The notes: generated by a model not told the origin, from the sequence alone. A stretch of DNA of 64,000 nucleotides from Candidatus Peregrinibacteria bacterium (GCA_016220165.1 JACRIE010000042.1:20379-84378); one strand, 5' to 3'; numbered from the stretch's first letter, positions 17,287 to 25,687 are shown. Made by a program: numbers and translations.

Positions 17287-18461
17287 CCACAATCACACCG
17301 GAACAATTAAATGGATTAACGGAAAAAAGTGACAGTATCCCTCTGCGCCCCAAACAGGGCGAAGATGCAATGGAAAAAACTTTTGACGGCAAACTGCCGA
17401 AGGAAAAACCGGAAGTAAAAGAAGGCAAAACCAAGGCTTTAACAAAATTCATTACTGAAAAGGACATCGGAACAACAAAACAAATCCCCGATGCCGCTTG
17501 CGAAGCCGTAGTCAAATATCTCGCCACGAGATATGAGGTAACGCAGGAAGCGGCAGATAAACCATTAAAAATCGACGGCACGGAAATCAGAGACATGGAT
17601 GCGTTAATGCCGAAGCTGGACGGCTTAAAGGGATCAGATCAAAAACTGCCAGCTAATCTAACGGAAGCCGCTCAAAAAGGCACTGCTACAACCGAACAGC
17701 TCGGTCACATCCGCGATTACCTCAAGCAAGTCAAAGCCGAAGGCGATGAAAAGCCCAAAGGCTGGATGGATAATATAGGAGAGCTCTTTTCTGCCATAAC
17801 TCAACTCATCGCGGCATGGAAAAGCCAGGACTTCGATACGCTGGGCGACGTGGCAAAAGACCTGCAGGCAGGCAAAAACCCGCTGGAAGAACAGCAAAAG
17901 GCCAGCGATACGTATCGCACAATCCTTGAACATCGCTCTCCTGCGCCAAATCTTAATGCCATGCTCGCGGCTTACGCCAATCCTCGCGGCGCGGAAGCTA
18001 AAAATTTATTCGGAAGTAAAAATACTCGACTCAATGACGCCCAAGCGAATACGCCTAATTCTGAAACCCGCTATCGCACCGCGGCCAAAGAAGCGATCAA
18101 AAAACACTTGGAAGACAAATTGGGTGTCGCGATAGACGAAAACAGCGTAAGTAGGGGCACAAATGGCGCCATGCGGCTGACGTACCAAAAAGACGACGTC
18201 AAATACCGGCTGGACGTAAGCCAAGGAGCTGATAGAAAAATCCGTGTCATAAAAACAACGGTCGGAGCGAATGGAACGGAAACAAAAAACGACGCGTATG
18301 ATCTCACGGATATCGATGCGGTTAATCAGTTCATCGCGGCAACGGATTTAAACTCATTTAATGCAAATAAGGTGACTCTTGTTGCAACGCCAGCGCCAGC
18401 AGCAGCAGAAGCCCCCCCCCAGCAAAACCAAAGTAGGGGGAGAATAGCGCCGGCTGAGTAA
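17274..18461 (+). CDS. hypothetical protein
   Basis: 395-aa ORF overlapping the previous stop by 13 nt; no recognised domain. Confidence 0.55.
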   Translation: MAIIATITPEQLNGLTEKSDSIPLRPKQGEDAMEKTFDGKLPKEKPEVKEGKTKALTKFITEKDIGTTKQIPDAACEAVVKYLATRYEVTQEAADKPLKIDGTEIRDMDALMPKLDGLKGSDQKLPANLTEAAQKGTATTEQLGHIRDYLKQVKAEGDEKPKGWMDNIGELFSAITQLIAAWKSQDFDTLGDVAKDLQAGKNPLEEQQKASDTYRTILEHRSPAPNLNAMLAAYANPRGAEAKNLFGSKNTRLNDAQANTPNSETRYRTAAKEAIKKHLEDKLGVAIDENSVSRGTNGAMRLTYQKDDVKYRLDVSQGADRKIRVIKTTVGANGTETKNDAYDLTDIDAVNQFIAATDLNSFNANKVTLVATPAPAAAEAPPQQNQSRGRIAPAE

Positions 18462-18545
18462 AAACCCGCCGCATCTCTGCGGCAGAGAGGAAGACGGACA
18501 AAAAAATTTACAAAAAATTCAAAAAAGGTTTATAATCATTAAGCT

Positions 18546-18773
18546 ATGTGGAAAAAACACCTCTTCACCATCGTAATTGAAAAAGACGCGGACGGTTATT
18601 TTGTCTATTGCCCGCAATTACAGGGTTGCTACAGTCAAGGAGATACCTATGAAGAAGCGATGAAAAACATCGAAGACGCGATCCGCCTGCATCTGGAAGA
18701 CAGGAAGAGCGAAAACGAAATTTGGAAAGAATCTGGAGCGATCAACGTAACTTCCCTTGAACTCGCGTTTTAG
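18546..18773 (+). CDS. hicB: HicB-family antitoxin
   Basis: FTIVIEKDADGYFVYCPQLQGCYSQGDTYEEAMKNIEDAIRLHLE is the typical HicB/UPF0150 fold signature. Lies 3 nt upstream of hicA. Confidence 0.75.
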   Translation: MWKKHLFTIVIEKDADGYFVYCPQLQGCYSQGDTYEEAMKNIEDAIRLHLEDRKSENEIWKESGAINVTSLELAF

Positions 18774-18776
18774 AAC

Positions 18777-18971
18777 ATGCCTAAACTCCCACGCTATACA
18801 GCTAGACAACTAACAAGCCTTCTCGAGAAAAAGGGTTTCCTTTTGGTGCGCCAGAGCGGAAGTCATAGAATCTATCGAAATGAACAAGGGGTGCGTGCCA
18901 CCGTGCCATTCCATGGCTCAAAAACAATCCACCCAAAAATTGTAAAACAGATCCTAAAGGATATCGGCTAA
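18777..18971 (+). CDS. hicA: HicA-family mRNA interferase toxin
   Basis: LEKKGFLLVRQSGSHRIYRNEQG..VPFHGSKTIHPKIVKQILKDIG. Confidence 0.75.
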   Translation: MPKLPRYTARQLTSLLEKKGFLLVRQSGSHRIYRNEQGVRATVPFHGSKTIHPKIVKQILKDIG

Positions 18972-19336
18972 AGAATCGACAAACACGAGGACGGCTTCCT
19001 CAGTTCCTCAATCACTCGATCAAGGCGCTCCAGAATGTCCTCATTTTTAAAACGTATCACCCGAAAACCTATTTGCTTCAGCAAATCAGTTCTCAATTGA
19101 TCGTGTTCTTTGGTCACATCATGAACATCGCCATCAATTTCAATAATAAGTCGTGCCTCGGCACAATAAAAATCCGCGACAAAAAACCGCCGTCCTTCAT
19201 CCGTCTGAAACGAAATCGCGAATTGCCTGACGATCTTTTTTCCGTCAATTTTTCGGCTCCTGACCGCTTCCCAAAATATCTTTTCCGCTTTCGTCTGGTT
19301 CCTTCTTAATTCTCTTGTAACCTCTTTAAACTTCAT
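18968..19336 (-). CDS. DUF559 (Vsr-like endonuclease fold) domain protein
   Basis: RRNQTKAEKIFWEAVRSRKIDGKKIVRQF, VADFYCAEARLIIEIDGDVH and FRVIRFKNEDI. Confidence 0.7.
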   Translation of the reverse strand: MKFKEVTRELRRNQTKAEKIFWEAVRSRKIDGKKIVRQFAISFQTDEGRRFFVADFYCAEARLIIEIDGDVHDVTKEHDQLRTDLLKQIGFRVIRFKNEDILERLDRVIEELRKPSSCLSIL

Positions 19337-19357
19337 AACTCTTAAATTAAATCTTAT

Positions 19358-19440
19358 TTCCCTCTCTGTGTAGAGAGGGATTAAGGGTGAGTTTCTCTTC
19401 TTCCCTCTCTGGGTAGAGAGGGGGTTAGGGGGTGAGTTTC
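19358..19440. repeat. two tandem CCCTCTC..GAGAGGG hairpin units
   Basis: TTCCCTCTCTGTGTAGAGAGGGATTAAGGGTGAGTTTC and TTCCCTCTCTGGGTAGAGAGGGGGTTAGGGGGTGAGTTTC, between tyrS and DUF559. A third copy lies at 34070-34101. Confidence 0.8.
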
Positions 19441-20609
19441 TACACCACTCTCGCCCACTTCCTTTTCCCGGCCTGAATCACCATGCCGGCTTTGAGGCGA
19501 ATGATGGCTTTGGGATCGGTCGCTTTTGAGTTGTCGATTTTCACGCCGCCCTGCTCGATGAGACGCCGGCCTTCCGATTTCGTTTCGGCCAGCTTGCAGA
19601 GGAGGAGGAGGTCCGTGAGTTCACGGTCGCCGTTAAGTTTGAATTCGGGAATTTCATCCGGCAACCCCTTCTTCTGAAATATTTCGATAAACTCCCTCTC
19701 GGCCGCGTCAGCCTCTGGCTTGGAGTGATACATCGTGACGAGTTCGCGCGCCAAGCGCACCTTGGCATCGCGCGGGTTTCCGCCGGATTTCATATGGGCA
19801 TCGATCGCATCGATTTCTTTGAGCGACACGTCCGTGCACAGGATGAAATACTTGATGATTACATTGTCCGCCATGGACATAATCTTGCCGAACATGTCCC
19901 CGGGCGCGTCCGTGAGATTAATCGTGTTGTTATATGTCTTGCTCATCTTTCGGCCGTCCGTGCCTTCAATGAGCGGTGTCGTCAGCACGAATTTTTCCTT
20001 ATTTTTAAGCGCGCGAAGCAATGTGCGTCCGGCCATCATGTTGAAGAGTTGGTCGTTCCCGCCGATCTCGCAATCCACCTCGAGCATCACGGAATCATAC
20101 CCCTGCATCAGAGGATAAAGGAACTCATTTGGGGACAGCGGTTCTTCCGCCTTCAGACGCTTCTGGAACATGTCGCGCTGGAGCATTTGCTGGACTGTGA
20201 AATAACTGCCCAATTTCATGACCTCATCGAGCCTCAATTTCTCAAGCCATTCGTGGTTATAAACGATCTTAACTTTGTTGAAATCAAGGACTTTGGCGGC
20301 CTGTTTCTTGTACGTTTTGAAATTCTCCTCCACCTGCTCGCGTGTGAGCGGCTGGCGCGTCGCGTCGCGGCCCGTCGGGTCGCCGATCATGGCCGTGTAA
20401 CTGCCGATCAAAAAAATCACGTGATGCCCGTGCTCGGCAAAATCGCGGAGTTTGCGAAGTGGAATTGTGTGCCCCAAATGCAGCTGCGAGCCGGTCGGGT
20501 CAATGCCGAAATACACGCGCAATTTCTTGCCGGAAGCGATTCTCGCATGAGCGAGTTCCTGCGGCATCAGTTGTTCCACCCCGCGGGTAAGTAGTTCGTT
20601 GATTTGCAT
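19440..20609 (-). CDS. tyrS: tyrosine--tRNA ligase
   Basis: Class I motifs HLGH and KMSKT; C-terminal S4-like domain (GRRLIEQGGVKIDN). Confidence 0.9.
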   Translation of the reverse strand: MQINELLTRGVEQLMPQELAHARIASGKKLRVYFGIDPTGSQLHLGHTIPLRKLRDFAEHGHHVIFLIGSYTAMIGDPTGRDATRQPLTREQVEENFKTYKKQAAKVLDFNKVKIVYNHEWLEKLRLDEVMKLGSYFTVQQMLQRDMFQKRLKAEEPLSPNEFLYPLMQGYDSVMLEVDCEIGGNDQLFNMMAGRTLLRALKNKEKFVLTTPLIEGTDGRKMSKTYNNTINLTDAPGDMFGKIMSMADNVIIKYFILCTDVSLKEIDAIDAHMKSGGNPRDAKVRLARELVTMYHSKPEADAAEREFIEIFQKKGLPDEIPEFKLNGDRELTDLLLLCKLAETKSEGRRLIEQGGVKIDNSKATDPKAIIRLKAGMVIQAGKRKWARVV

Positions 20610-20710
20610 GATTATTTATTACAAGATTCATTATTACAAGATTACAAAATTAAATACAAATCTTAATGATCTTAGTAATCTTGTAATTTTGAATAAATAA
20701 TCTTGTAATA

Positions 20711-20738
20711 AAGGAATAATCGCGCGCGATTATTCCTT
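20711..20738 (-). terminator. 28-nt perfect palindrome overlapping the nadK stop
   Basis: AAGGAATAATCGCGCGCGATTATTCCTT; the nadK stop (20730-20732) lies inside it. Confidence 0.45.
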
Positions 20739-21590
20739 TGGTTTCTCCCCCCAATGTAACTTGTGCCGTAATGTCTCAAAATAGCTTTCTCCCGGCAGGC
20801 GCACGAAAGTGACCACAGGCCCCTTCTGGATGCGAATACGATCGCCTTTCCGAACCTCGTAACTATTTTGGCCGTCCAAAGTGACAATCATCCGTTTTTC
20901 ATCGCTCTCGATCACAATGTCGATCTTTTTATGATCCGGAATCACGATCGGTTTCTGCATGAAACTATGAGGACAAATCGGCGTCACGATGAAGGCCGCG
21001 AGCGTGGGATAAACAATCGGTCCGCCCGCCGCGAGGTTATAGGCCGTGGAACCCGTGGGCGTGGCCACCATGAGCCCATCCGCGTGATACGTGGTGAGCC
21101 GGCGGCCGTTCACCTGCGCGCGCAAACTGATAAGGCGGGCGAGGGTCCCCTGAGAAATCACGGCTTCATTGAGCGCCTGATAATGTCCAATTTCTTTTTT
21201 ACCGCGATGCACCGTTACCTCCAGCATACAGCGGCGATCCAAGGTGTAATCCCCGGCAAAAATCCTTTCGAGCGTAGCGATCGCGCGCGCCGGAGGCACG
21301 TCCGAAATAAACCCAAGCGTGCCGATATTGATACCCAAAATACGCGTGTCGAAATGGCGCAGTTTCCGCGCCACGCGGAGGATCGTCCCGTCACCGCCAA
21401 GCGTAATGATCATATCCACTTTAGTGCGTCCGATATGAAATTTTTTGAACGTTTTTAATTCCAACATCTCAGCCACGCGATCCTCCAAATAAATCTCCTT
21501 TTTAAGATCTTTGAGGTATTCCCACAATTGCCGGACAATTGGCTGACAGAATTCCGATTCCCGACGGATCACGAGACCAATGCTTTCCAT
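20730..21590 (-). CDS. nadK: NAD(+) kinase
   Basis: GGDGT motif and overall PpnK pattern (DMIITLGGDGTILR, TPTGSTAYNLAAGGPIV). Confidence 0.85.
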   Translation of the reverse strand: MESIGLVIRRESEFCQPIVRQLWEYLKDLKKEIYLEDRVAEMLELKTFKKFHIGRTKVDMIITLGGDGTILRVARKLRHFDTRILGINIGTLGFISDVPPARAIATLERIFAGDYTLDRRCMLEVTVHRGKKEIGHYQALNEAVISQGTLARLISLRAQVNGRRLTTYHADGLMVATPTGSTAYNLAAGGPIVYPTLAAFIVTPICPHSFMQKPIVIPDHKKIDIVIESDEKRMIVTLDGQNSYEVRKGDRIRIQKGPVVTFVRLPGESYFETLRHKLHWGEKPKE

Positions 21591-21613
21591 AAAATTTTAT
21601 GTGATAAAATTTT
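21591..21613 (-). promoter_or_regulatory. 23-nt A/T palindrome abutting the nadK ATG
   Basis: Minus strand reads AAAATTTTATCACATAAAATTTT followed directly by ATG. Confidence 0.6.
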
Positions 21614-21730
21614 AAATTTCTAATATCCAATTTCTAATGTCTAACAAAATTTCTAAATTTCTAAATTTTCAATCTTTAATCATTGGACATTGAATTTTTT
21701 TGTTAGAAATTAGAAATTAGAAATTGGATA

Positions 21731-22891
21731 TTAAGGATTCTGGATCACTTCCAAAATCCTCTGCGCCGTCTTCCCCCAGCTAAAATTCTTCACCTGCTCA
21801 AAGCCTTTACTTCGCAATTCTTTCCAATGGGATTCGTTATCCAGCACTTGCGTAATGCCGTCCGCGATGTCGATCGGATCCGTGGGATCGATATAGTGCA
21901 CCGCGTCCATACCCAACTCGGGGATCGAGGAGACCTTGGAGGCCACCACGGGCGCGCCGCTCTGCATCGCTTCTAAAACAGGAAGGCCAAACCCTTCATA
22001 AAAAGAGGGAAAAAGAAAAAGGGTGGCGCCCTGCATCAGGGCGACAAGTTCCTTCTCCGGTAGATATTCCAAAAAAGTGACACGATCCTGTAGTCCCAGC
22101 TTCTGGACTATCGCCTTAATCTTATTGAAATAAGCGCCCTGTTTTCCGCAAATCACAAGGCGATACTTTTTTTGATTGGCCGGACTCAATAGGTGATACG
22201 CTCTCAGGACGCCTATGACGTTCTTGCGCGGTTCCAAAGCGCCCGTCATCATTAAATAAGGCTCTTCAATCCCATACTGTTTTTGAAGACGTCGAATCTC
22301 CTCCGGAGGCACGGAGCCAAAAAAGATTTCCTGGACGCCCGCGTACACCACCGTAATCTTGTCTTGGAGCGGAAGATCCGGATATTGATTGAGCAGATCA
22401 CGGCGGGTATAAGAAGAAACCGTAAAAATCCATCGGGATTTTTGAACCGCCTTCTTGAGGGTGAGCTTTTCAATCCACTGGGCTTTTTTCTGATGCCGGA
22501 TCCCTGGTTTGAAAGCGATCATGTCATGAACCGCCAGTCCCACATGAAGGCGTCGCGGATCGTGCAAAAAAGGAACGATATAACTTTCAGTGGCTACCAA
22601 CGTGTCAACGCGTTCCCTGAGAAGCGAACGATAAAAACGCCAATGCCACAAGGGGCCCCATCCGCGCAGACGAACCACTCTGACATTCGGACGGTTCTGA
22701 TAAAGAGGAGGGCATTCAGCATTGGTATACAGCAAATACTCATTCGTGGTGTCGTGAAAGAGGATACTTTTGAGGACATTCGCCGTCCATACACCCTTAC
22801 CCCCCTTTTCACCCGCGATACCGCGGATATCAAACGCGATTTTCATAAAAATTGTGAATACTGAGCTTGTCGAAGGGTCAAAATTCGCCAA
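21731..22891 (-). CDS. glycosyltransferase family 4 (GT-B fold)
   Basis: C-terminal EGFGLPVLEAMQSGAPVVAS motif. Confidence 0.8.
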   Translation of the reverse strand: MANFDPSTSSVFTIFMKIAFDIRGIAGEKGGKGVWTANVLKSILFHDTTNEYLLYTNAECPPLYQNRPNVRVVRLRGWGPLWHWRFYRSLLRERVDTLVATESYIVPFLHDPRRLHVGLAVHDMIAFKPGIRHQKKAQWIEKLTLKKAVQKSRWIFTVSSYTRRDLLNQYPDLPLQDKITVVYAGVQEIFFGSVPPEEIRRLQKQYGIEEPYLMMTGALEPRKNVIGVLRAYHLLSPANQKKYRLVICGKQGAYFNKIKAIVQKLGLQDRVTFLEYLPEKELVALMQGATLFLFPSFYEGFGLPVLEAMQSGAPVVASKVSSIPELGMDAVHYIDPTDPIDIADGITQVLDNESHWKELRSKGFEQVKNFSWGKTAQRILEVIQNP

Positions 22892-23008
22892 AACGGATTA
22901 TATCATATATAATACGCTCAACACATGACACATGACATCTGACAATAAGCCAAAAAATGTATTTCAAAAAGTTAGGTGTCAAATGTCAAATGTCAATTGT
23001 CAAGTGTT

Positions 23009-23031
23009 AAAATTTTATCTGATAAAATTTT
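23009..23031 (+). promoter_or_regulatory. 23-nt A/T palindrome 3 nt upstream of ATG
   Basis: AAAATTTTATCTGATAAAATTTT, then act, then ATG. Confidence 0.6.
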
Positions 23032-23034
23032 ACT

Positions 23035-24135
23035 ATGAGCCTAAGACGCATTAAACACAGCCTTTTGCGTTTAAGCGCGGAAGAAAAAATAGTGGGAATT
23101 GGATGTCTCGTCACGCTCTTAAGCCTTTTTTTTCCTTGGTATTCGACCACCTTTTTATCCAGCCAAAAAAGCCTCATTGAAAATGGGCTTTCCGGAGATT
23201 TGGGGGTGATCGGGTTTGTCGTTTTTATTATGACGTTGATCGCGGGGCTATATCTGGTAGCGGAGAATCTCCGCGTTCGTCTCCCTTATTTTGGTCTCCC
23301 CAAACAAAAAATTGTTTTGTTTATCATGGGAGAAGCCTCTTTCCTGATGCTCCTCCTGATCGCGGTCTACACCAAGCGCTCCCTGGGTTTCACGAACGCG
23401 GAACTGCGATTCGGAATTTATTCCGCCTTTATAGGAACCATCGCCAGCACGCTCGCCATGATCAGCGCGCTGCAAAAACGACAACGGGAAGAAACGCGCG
23501 CTTTTTTTGATCATCCGGAAGAATCCGATCCCGTAGAGACGCAAAATCTTGCGTCTAAAAAACCCGAACCCCTATTGGATCCCGAACCGCAAAATGACAA
23601 CATTTCTTCCGTAGAAACGCGACATGTCGCGTCTTCTGATGTCCCTCACAAAATCCCCACGGCGCAACTCGACGAAAACGAATTGGAAGAAGATCTATTC
23701 CGTGTAAAAAAGCCCACCGAAACCATTAGTCGAAGTGCCAGCGCTGAGCGTAGTCGAAGTACCAGTACTGAGCGTAGTCGAAGTATTGACATTGAATCTT
23801 ATAAAGAACGTTACCAAGTTCCGGAAACAGATGTAGGGGCTGGACATGTCCAGCCCGAAAGATCCGACATTGTAGAGACGCGCCTGCCCACCGTAGCGGG
23901 AGCGAAGGAGGGCCAAGGCGCGTCTGAAAAAGAAACCACCGTATCTCCCACCGCCACCGACGACAACGAGGAATTCTTCACGCTCAAAGAATCTGAACCC
24001 CTGGAAGAAATGCCCATAAACGAGACAGAGAACGACAAAGAAAAACCGATTAGGATTGAAGAAATCCGAATCGATGAAATTAAAGAAAAAATCAGCGACA
24101 AAAAAGGATCCCCTGGCGGATTCTACGAAGATTAA
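23035..24135 (+). CDS. hypothetical membrane protein with acidic, repeat-derived C-terminal tail
   Basis: Four TM helices in the first 150 aa. The tail contains three VETx..AS palindrome-encoded segments and a tandem ERSRS repeat. Confidence 0.6.
   Translation: MSLRRIKHSLLRLSAEEKIVGIGCLVTLLSLFFPWYSTTFLSSQKSLIENGLSGDLGVIGFVVFIMTLIAGLYLVAENLRVRLPYFGLPKQKIVLFIMGEASFLMLLLIAVYTKRSLGFTNAELRFGIYSAFIGTIASTLAMISALQKRQREETRAFFDHPEESDPVETQNLASKKPEPLLDPEPQNDNISSVETRHVASSDVPHKIPTAQLDENELEEDLFRVKKPTETISRSASAERSRSTSTERSRSIDIESYKERYQVPETDVGAGHVQPERSDIVETRLPTVAGAKEGQGASEKETTVSPTATDDNEEFFTLKESEPLEEMPINETENDKEKPIRIEEIRIDEIKEKISDKKGSPGGFYED
23537..23556. repeat. GAGACGC-family palindrome in CDS
   Basis: AGACGCAAaatcTTGCGTCT encodes (V)ETQNLAS. 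Confidence 0.75.
23613..23637. repeat. GAGACGC-family palindrome in CDS
   Basis: AGAAACGCGACATGTCGCGTCTTCT encodes (V)ETRHVASS. Confidence 0.7.
23876..23925. repeat. GAGACGCG-family palindrome with 32-nt interior, in CDS
   Basis: AGACGCGCC...GGCGCGTCT encodes (V)ETRLPTVAGAKEGQGAS. Confidence 0.7.
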
Positions 24136-24245
24136 TTTAGCGGGTAGCAATTAGCGGCTAGTAACTAGTCAGATTCTGGCTAACCGCTAAAAGCTAACCG
24201 CTAACCGCTAAATTTACCTTGTCATCCTTAAAAAATAATTCTAAA

Positions 24246-24557
24246 ATGACTCCCGCTCCCGAACCCAAAACCGCCGAATCCGTCGCGGCCGCCAAAATCC
24301 TCTATTACTGCCGCGACTGCAAAAAAGCGATCGCGCCCGTGCGCATCGGCAACAAATTCCAGTTCAAATGCGGCGATTGCAAAAATAAAAGCGTGGCCTT
24401 TGGCACGGAAAAAAGCATCCACAACTTTTATGACATCGAAGGAGGCCGCCCTGCCGACGAAAAAAGCGAAAAGGAAGAAAAAAAATTCAAAAGTTTCGAC
24501 GAATACGCCGGCGCGATCAAACTCAATCCCGGAAAACCAGCCGAAGTAAAAAAATAG
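24246..24557 (+). CDS. small zinc-ribbon protein
   Basis: CRDCKK..(17)..CGDCKN is a four-Cys ribbon; Lys/Glu-rich tail. The listed ORF starts at TTG 24219, but ATG 24246 is more likely. Confidence 0.5.
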   Translation: MTPAPEPKTAESVAAAKILYYCRDCKKAIAPVRIGNKFQFKCGDCKNKSVAFGTEKSIHNFYDIEGGRPADEKSEKEEKKFKSFDEYAGAIKLNPGKPAEVKK

Positions 24558-24568
24558 AAACAACAAAT

Positions 24569-24600
24569 GTGGGAGGACAAGGCATGCCTTCTCTTCCCAC
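24569..24600. repeat. GGACAAGGCATGCC-family hairpin (terminator candidate)
   Basis: GTGGGAGGACAAGGCATGCCTTCTCTTCCCAC, 12 nt after the stop. Confidence 0.6.
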
Positions 24601-24701
24601 CCGCCGCCGCAGGTCAAAAGCGGGTCAAAATTAAAAGAACAAACATAAAAAAGAATTTGTTTTTTCTTTGTTTCTAAATTCCAATTTTTTACCTAATTTT
24701 T

Positions 24702-25328
24702 ATGAAAAAGGCTCCATTCATTCTGATAGCGCTCCTCCTGACTCTGACGCCGTTATTGATTACGGCCTGCCAAAAGGACAGCGTAAAAATCACGCGCTTT
24801 GATTCAGCGAACAAGGGAGACGTCGAAGCGCCCGCACCGGTAGAGACGCGCGGTGGCGCGTCTGAGCCCGCAGTAACCGGCGATGTCGGCATCGTTAATG
24901 AACGCCTCGAAATCACTTCTTTTAAGGACAATCAACTGACCACGGACAAAGCCTACAATGCGATCAGTGGTAAAGCGCCTAAAAGAACCTATAAGATTAA
25001 GGTTAATAACTACACGCTCACGCGTTTCAGGCCAGGCGCGGCCCATTGGAGCTATCTGGCGGCGGCCTCGGTCAACACGCTGAAGAAAGGCGAGAACAAA
25101 TACGCCGTGGCAGCCATGGATCAAGAGGGAAATATTATCGATGAATTAAGTTTCACTATCAATTACGAACCCGCGCTCGCGTCCAAGGCATTGCCCGCCG
25201 TGGGAGCAAATCTCTGGATCAGCCTCCTTTTTGCCGAGCTCCTGAGCATCATGTACTTTGGAATAAAATCTTTAATAAATAAACACTATGGAAAAAGGAT
25301 CTTGGGAAACTTTTATCGATACATGTAG
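24702..25328 (+). CDS. putative lipoprotein with C-terminal TM anchor
   Basis: Signal peptide with lipobox LLITAC; C-terminal hydrophobic helix. Contains one VETRGGAS palindrome-encoded segment. Confidence 0.6.
   Translation: MKKAPFILIALLLTLTPLLITACQKDSVKITRFDSANKGDVEAPAPVETRGGASEPAVTGDVGIVNERLEITSFKDNQLTTDKAYNAISGKAPKRTYKIKVNNYTLTRFRPGAAHWSYLAAASVNTLKKGENKYAVAAMDQEGNIIDELSFTINYEPALASKALPAVGANLWISLLFAELLSIMYFGIKSLINKHYGKRILGNFYRYM
24844..24863. repeat. GAGACGCG-family palindrome in CDS
   Basis: AGACGCGCggtgGCGCGTCT. Confidence 0.75.
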
Positions 25329-25503
25329 GGAAGGCTGGGAGGATGTCAGAGACAGCGAAAGGGAGATGATAAAAAAACAATCGGGTAGCCTTAGTCATTG
25401 CGCTGGCATTACTAGCGTCAGGTATTACAGCGCACCAGCTGGGATTATTTCAAAAACCACAAGATCCACAAATTCAGGAGATAAGCCAAAAAAAATAAAT
25501 CTA

Positions 25504-25532
25504 TTGACAAGTAAACAAACGTTCACTATATT
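25504..25532 (+). promoter_or_regulatory. recA promoter with LexA-type box in the spacer
   Basis: TTGACA (25504-25509), spacer aGTAAACAAACGTTCAC, TATATT (25527-25532). Confidence 0.55.
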
Positions 25533-25550
25533 GAAATACGTAACTTAAAC

Positions 25551-25680
25551 CCGTAATTTATAATTGGTAACTAGCGACCTTCCCGCCTTAGCGGGATACC
25601 TACAAGTTACAAATTATTCATAATCCCGCTGAGGCGGGACAAATTACGCATCCAATTGTTACAAGTTACGTATTATTAAT
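25551..25680 (+). repeat. about 125-nt structured element in the recA leader (copy 1 of 2)
   Basis: Shares order and sequence with the reverse complement of 42033-42155. The core TAGCGACCTTCCCGCCTTAGCGGGATACCTACAAGTTAC (25572-25610) is 36/39 identical to the other copy. Confidence 0.7.
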
Positions 25681-25687
25681 TAATTTT

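Noticed and set aside
20610-20729. T-box leader upstream of tyrS.
   Set aside because: The spacer is only 120 nt and consists of ATTACAAG-type word repeats. There is no specifier loop or T-box sequence (AAnnnGGGTGGnACCnCG).
25288-25548. 86-aa ORF between the lipoprotein gene and recA.
   Set aside because: It overlaps the 3' end of the lipoprotein gene and runs through the recA promoter and LexA-type box, and it has no recognisable features. A hydrophobic peptide in another frame (VALVIALALLASG..) lacks a start codon.
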